From Eledone cirrhosa (lineage: Eukaryota), in the NCBI GenBank assembly GCA_964016885.1, contig OZ024741.1, forward strand, positions 307,272,001-307,336,000: a stretch of 64,000 nt of DNA, given 5' to 3'. The position numbers and the translations under genes were made by a program. Each line of letters begins with the position of its first letter. Within the stretch, counting starts at the first letter, position 1. This document shows positions 63,865-64,000 of the stretch, one piece after another. A model generated the notes under the pieces. It made no database searches. It worked only from the letters and a program-made list of their open reading frames with translations, and was not told the DNA's origin.

Positions 63865-64000
63865 ACAATATTAAATAAATGGAAACTATATTTATAAAAC
63901 CATATTTATTTCATTATATATATTTCAGGGATATCATATTAACAATATGCTATGCCTTCCTCAGACAAAATACAATATAAACAGTTTTATAGATAAATAG
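63865..64000 (-). mobile_element. Pseudo-LTR of the 59.7-kb family with hammerhead (63909-63972)
   Basis: Minus: CTGAGGA-AGGCATAGCATATT gtt AATATGATATCCCT-GAAA-TATAT-ATA. Confidence 0.8.

Overview
AT-rich eukaryotic DNA with no recognisable host gene; the repeat types suggest a cephalopod (Octopus-like) genome, which is an inference. It is a mosaic of transposable elements, each separated by long interrupted (TA)n tracts. Contents: a decayed autonomous Helitron and two non-autonomous Helitrons; three CR1-group LINEs (one with an intact APE-RT ORF2); a Tx1/L1-like LINE; RTE 3' fragments; a tRNA-derived SINE; and about nine Penelope-like element (PLE) fragments (RT and/or GIY-YIG). The main hidden signal is about 29 minimal type-I hammerhead ribozyme (HHR) motifs, found by eye on both strands, from more than a dozen sequence families. 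They sit in PLE pseudo-LTRs, in non-coding tandem or solo units resembling retrozymes, and in fold-back pairs. Many have non-canonical cores (U3-A8, GCAA for GAAA, CAGAAGA, a ~120-nt stem II) and family-specific palindromic stem III sequences. Separately, the intact LINE ORF2 has no AUG before its endonuclease motifs but opens just upstream of an in-frame U_UUU_UUA slippery site in ORF1, suggesting a -1 frameshift. Coordinates were counted by hand and may be off by a few bases.
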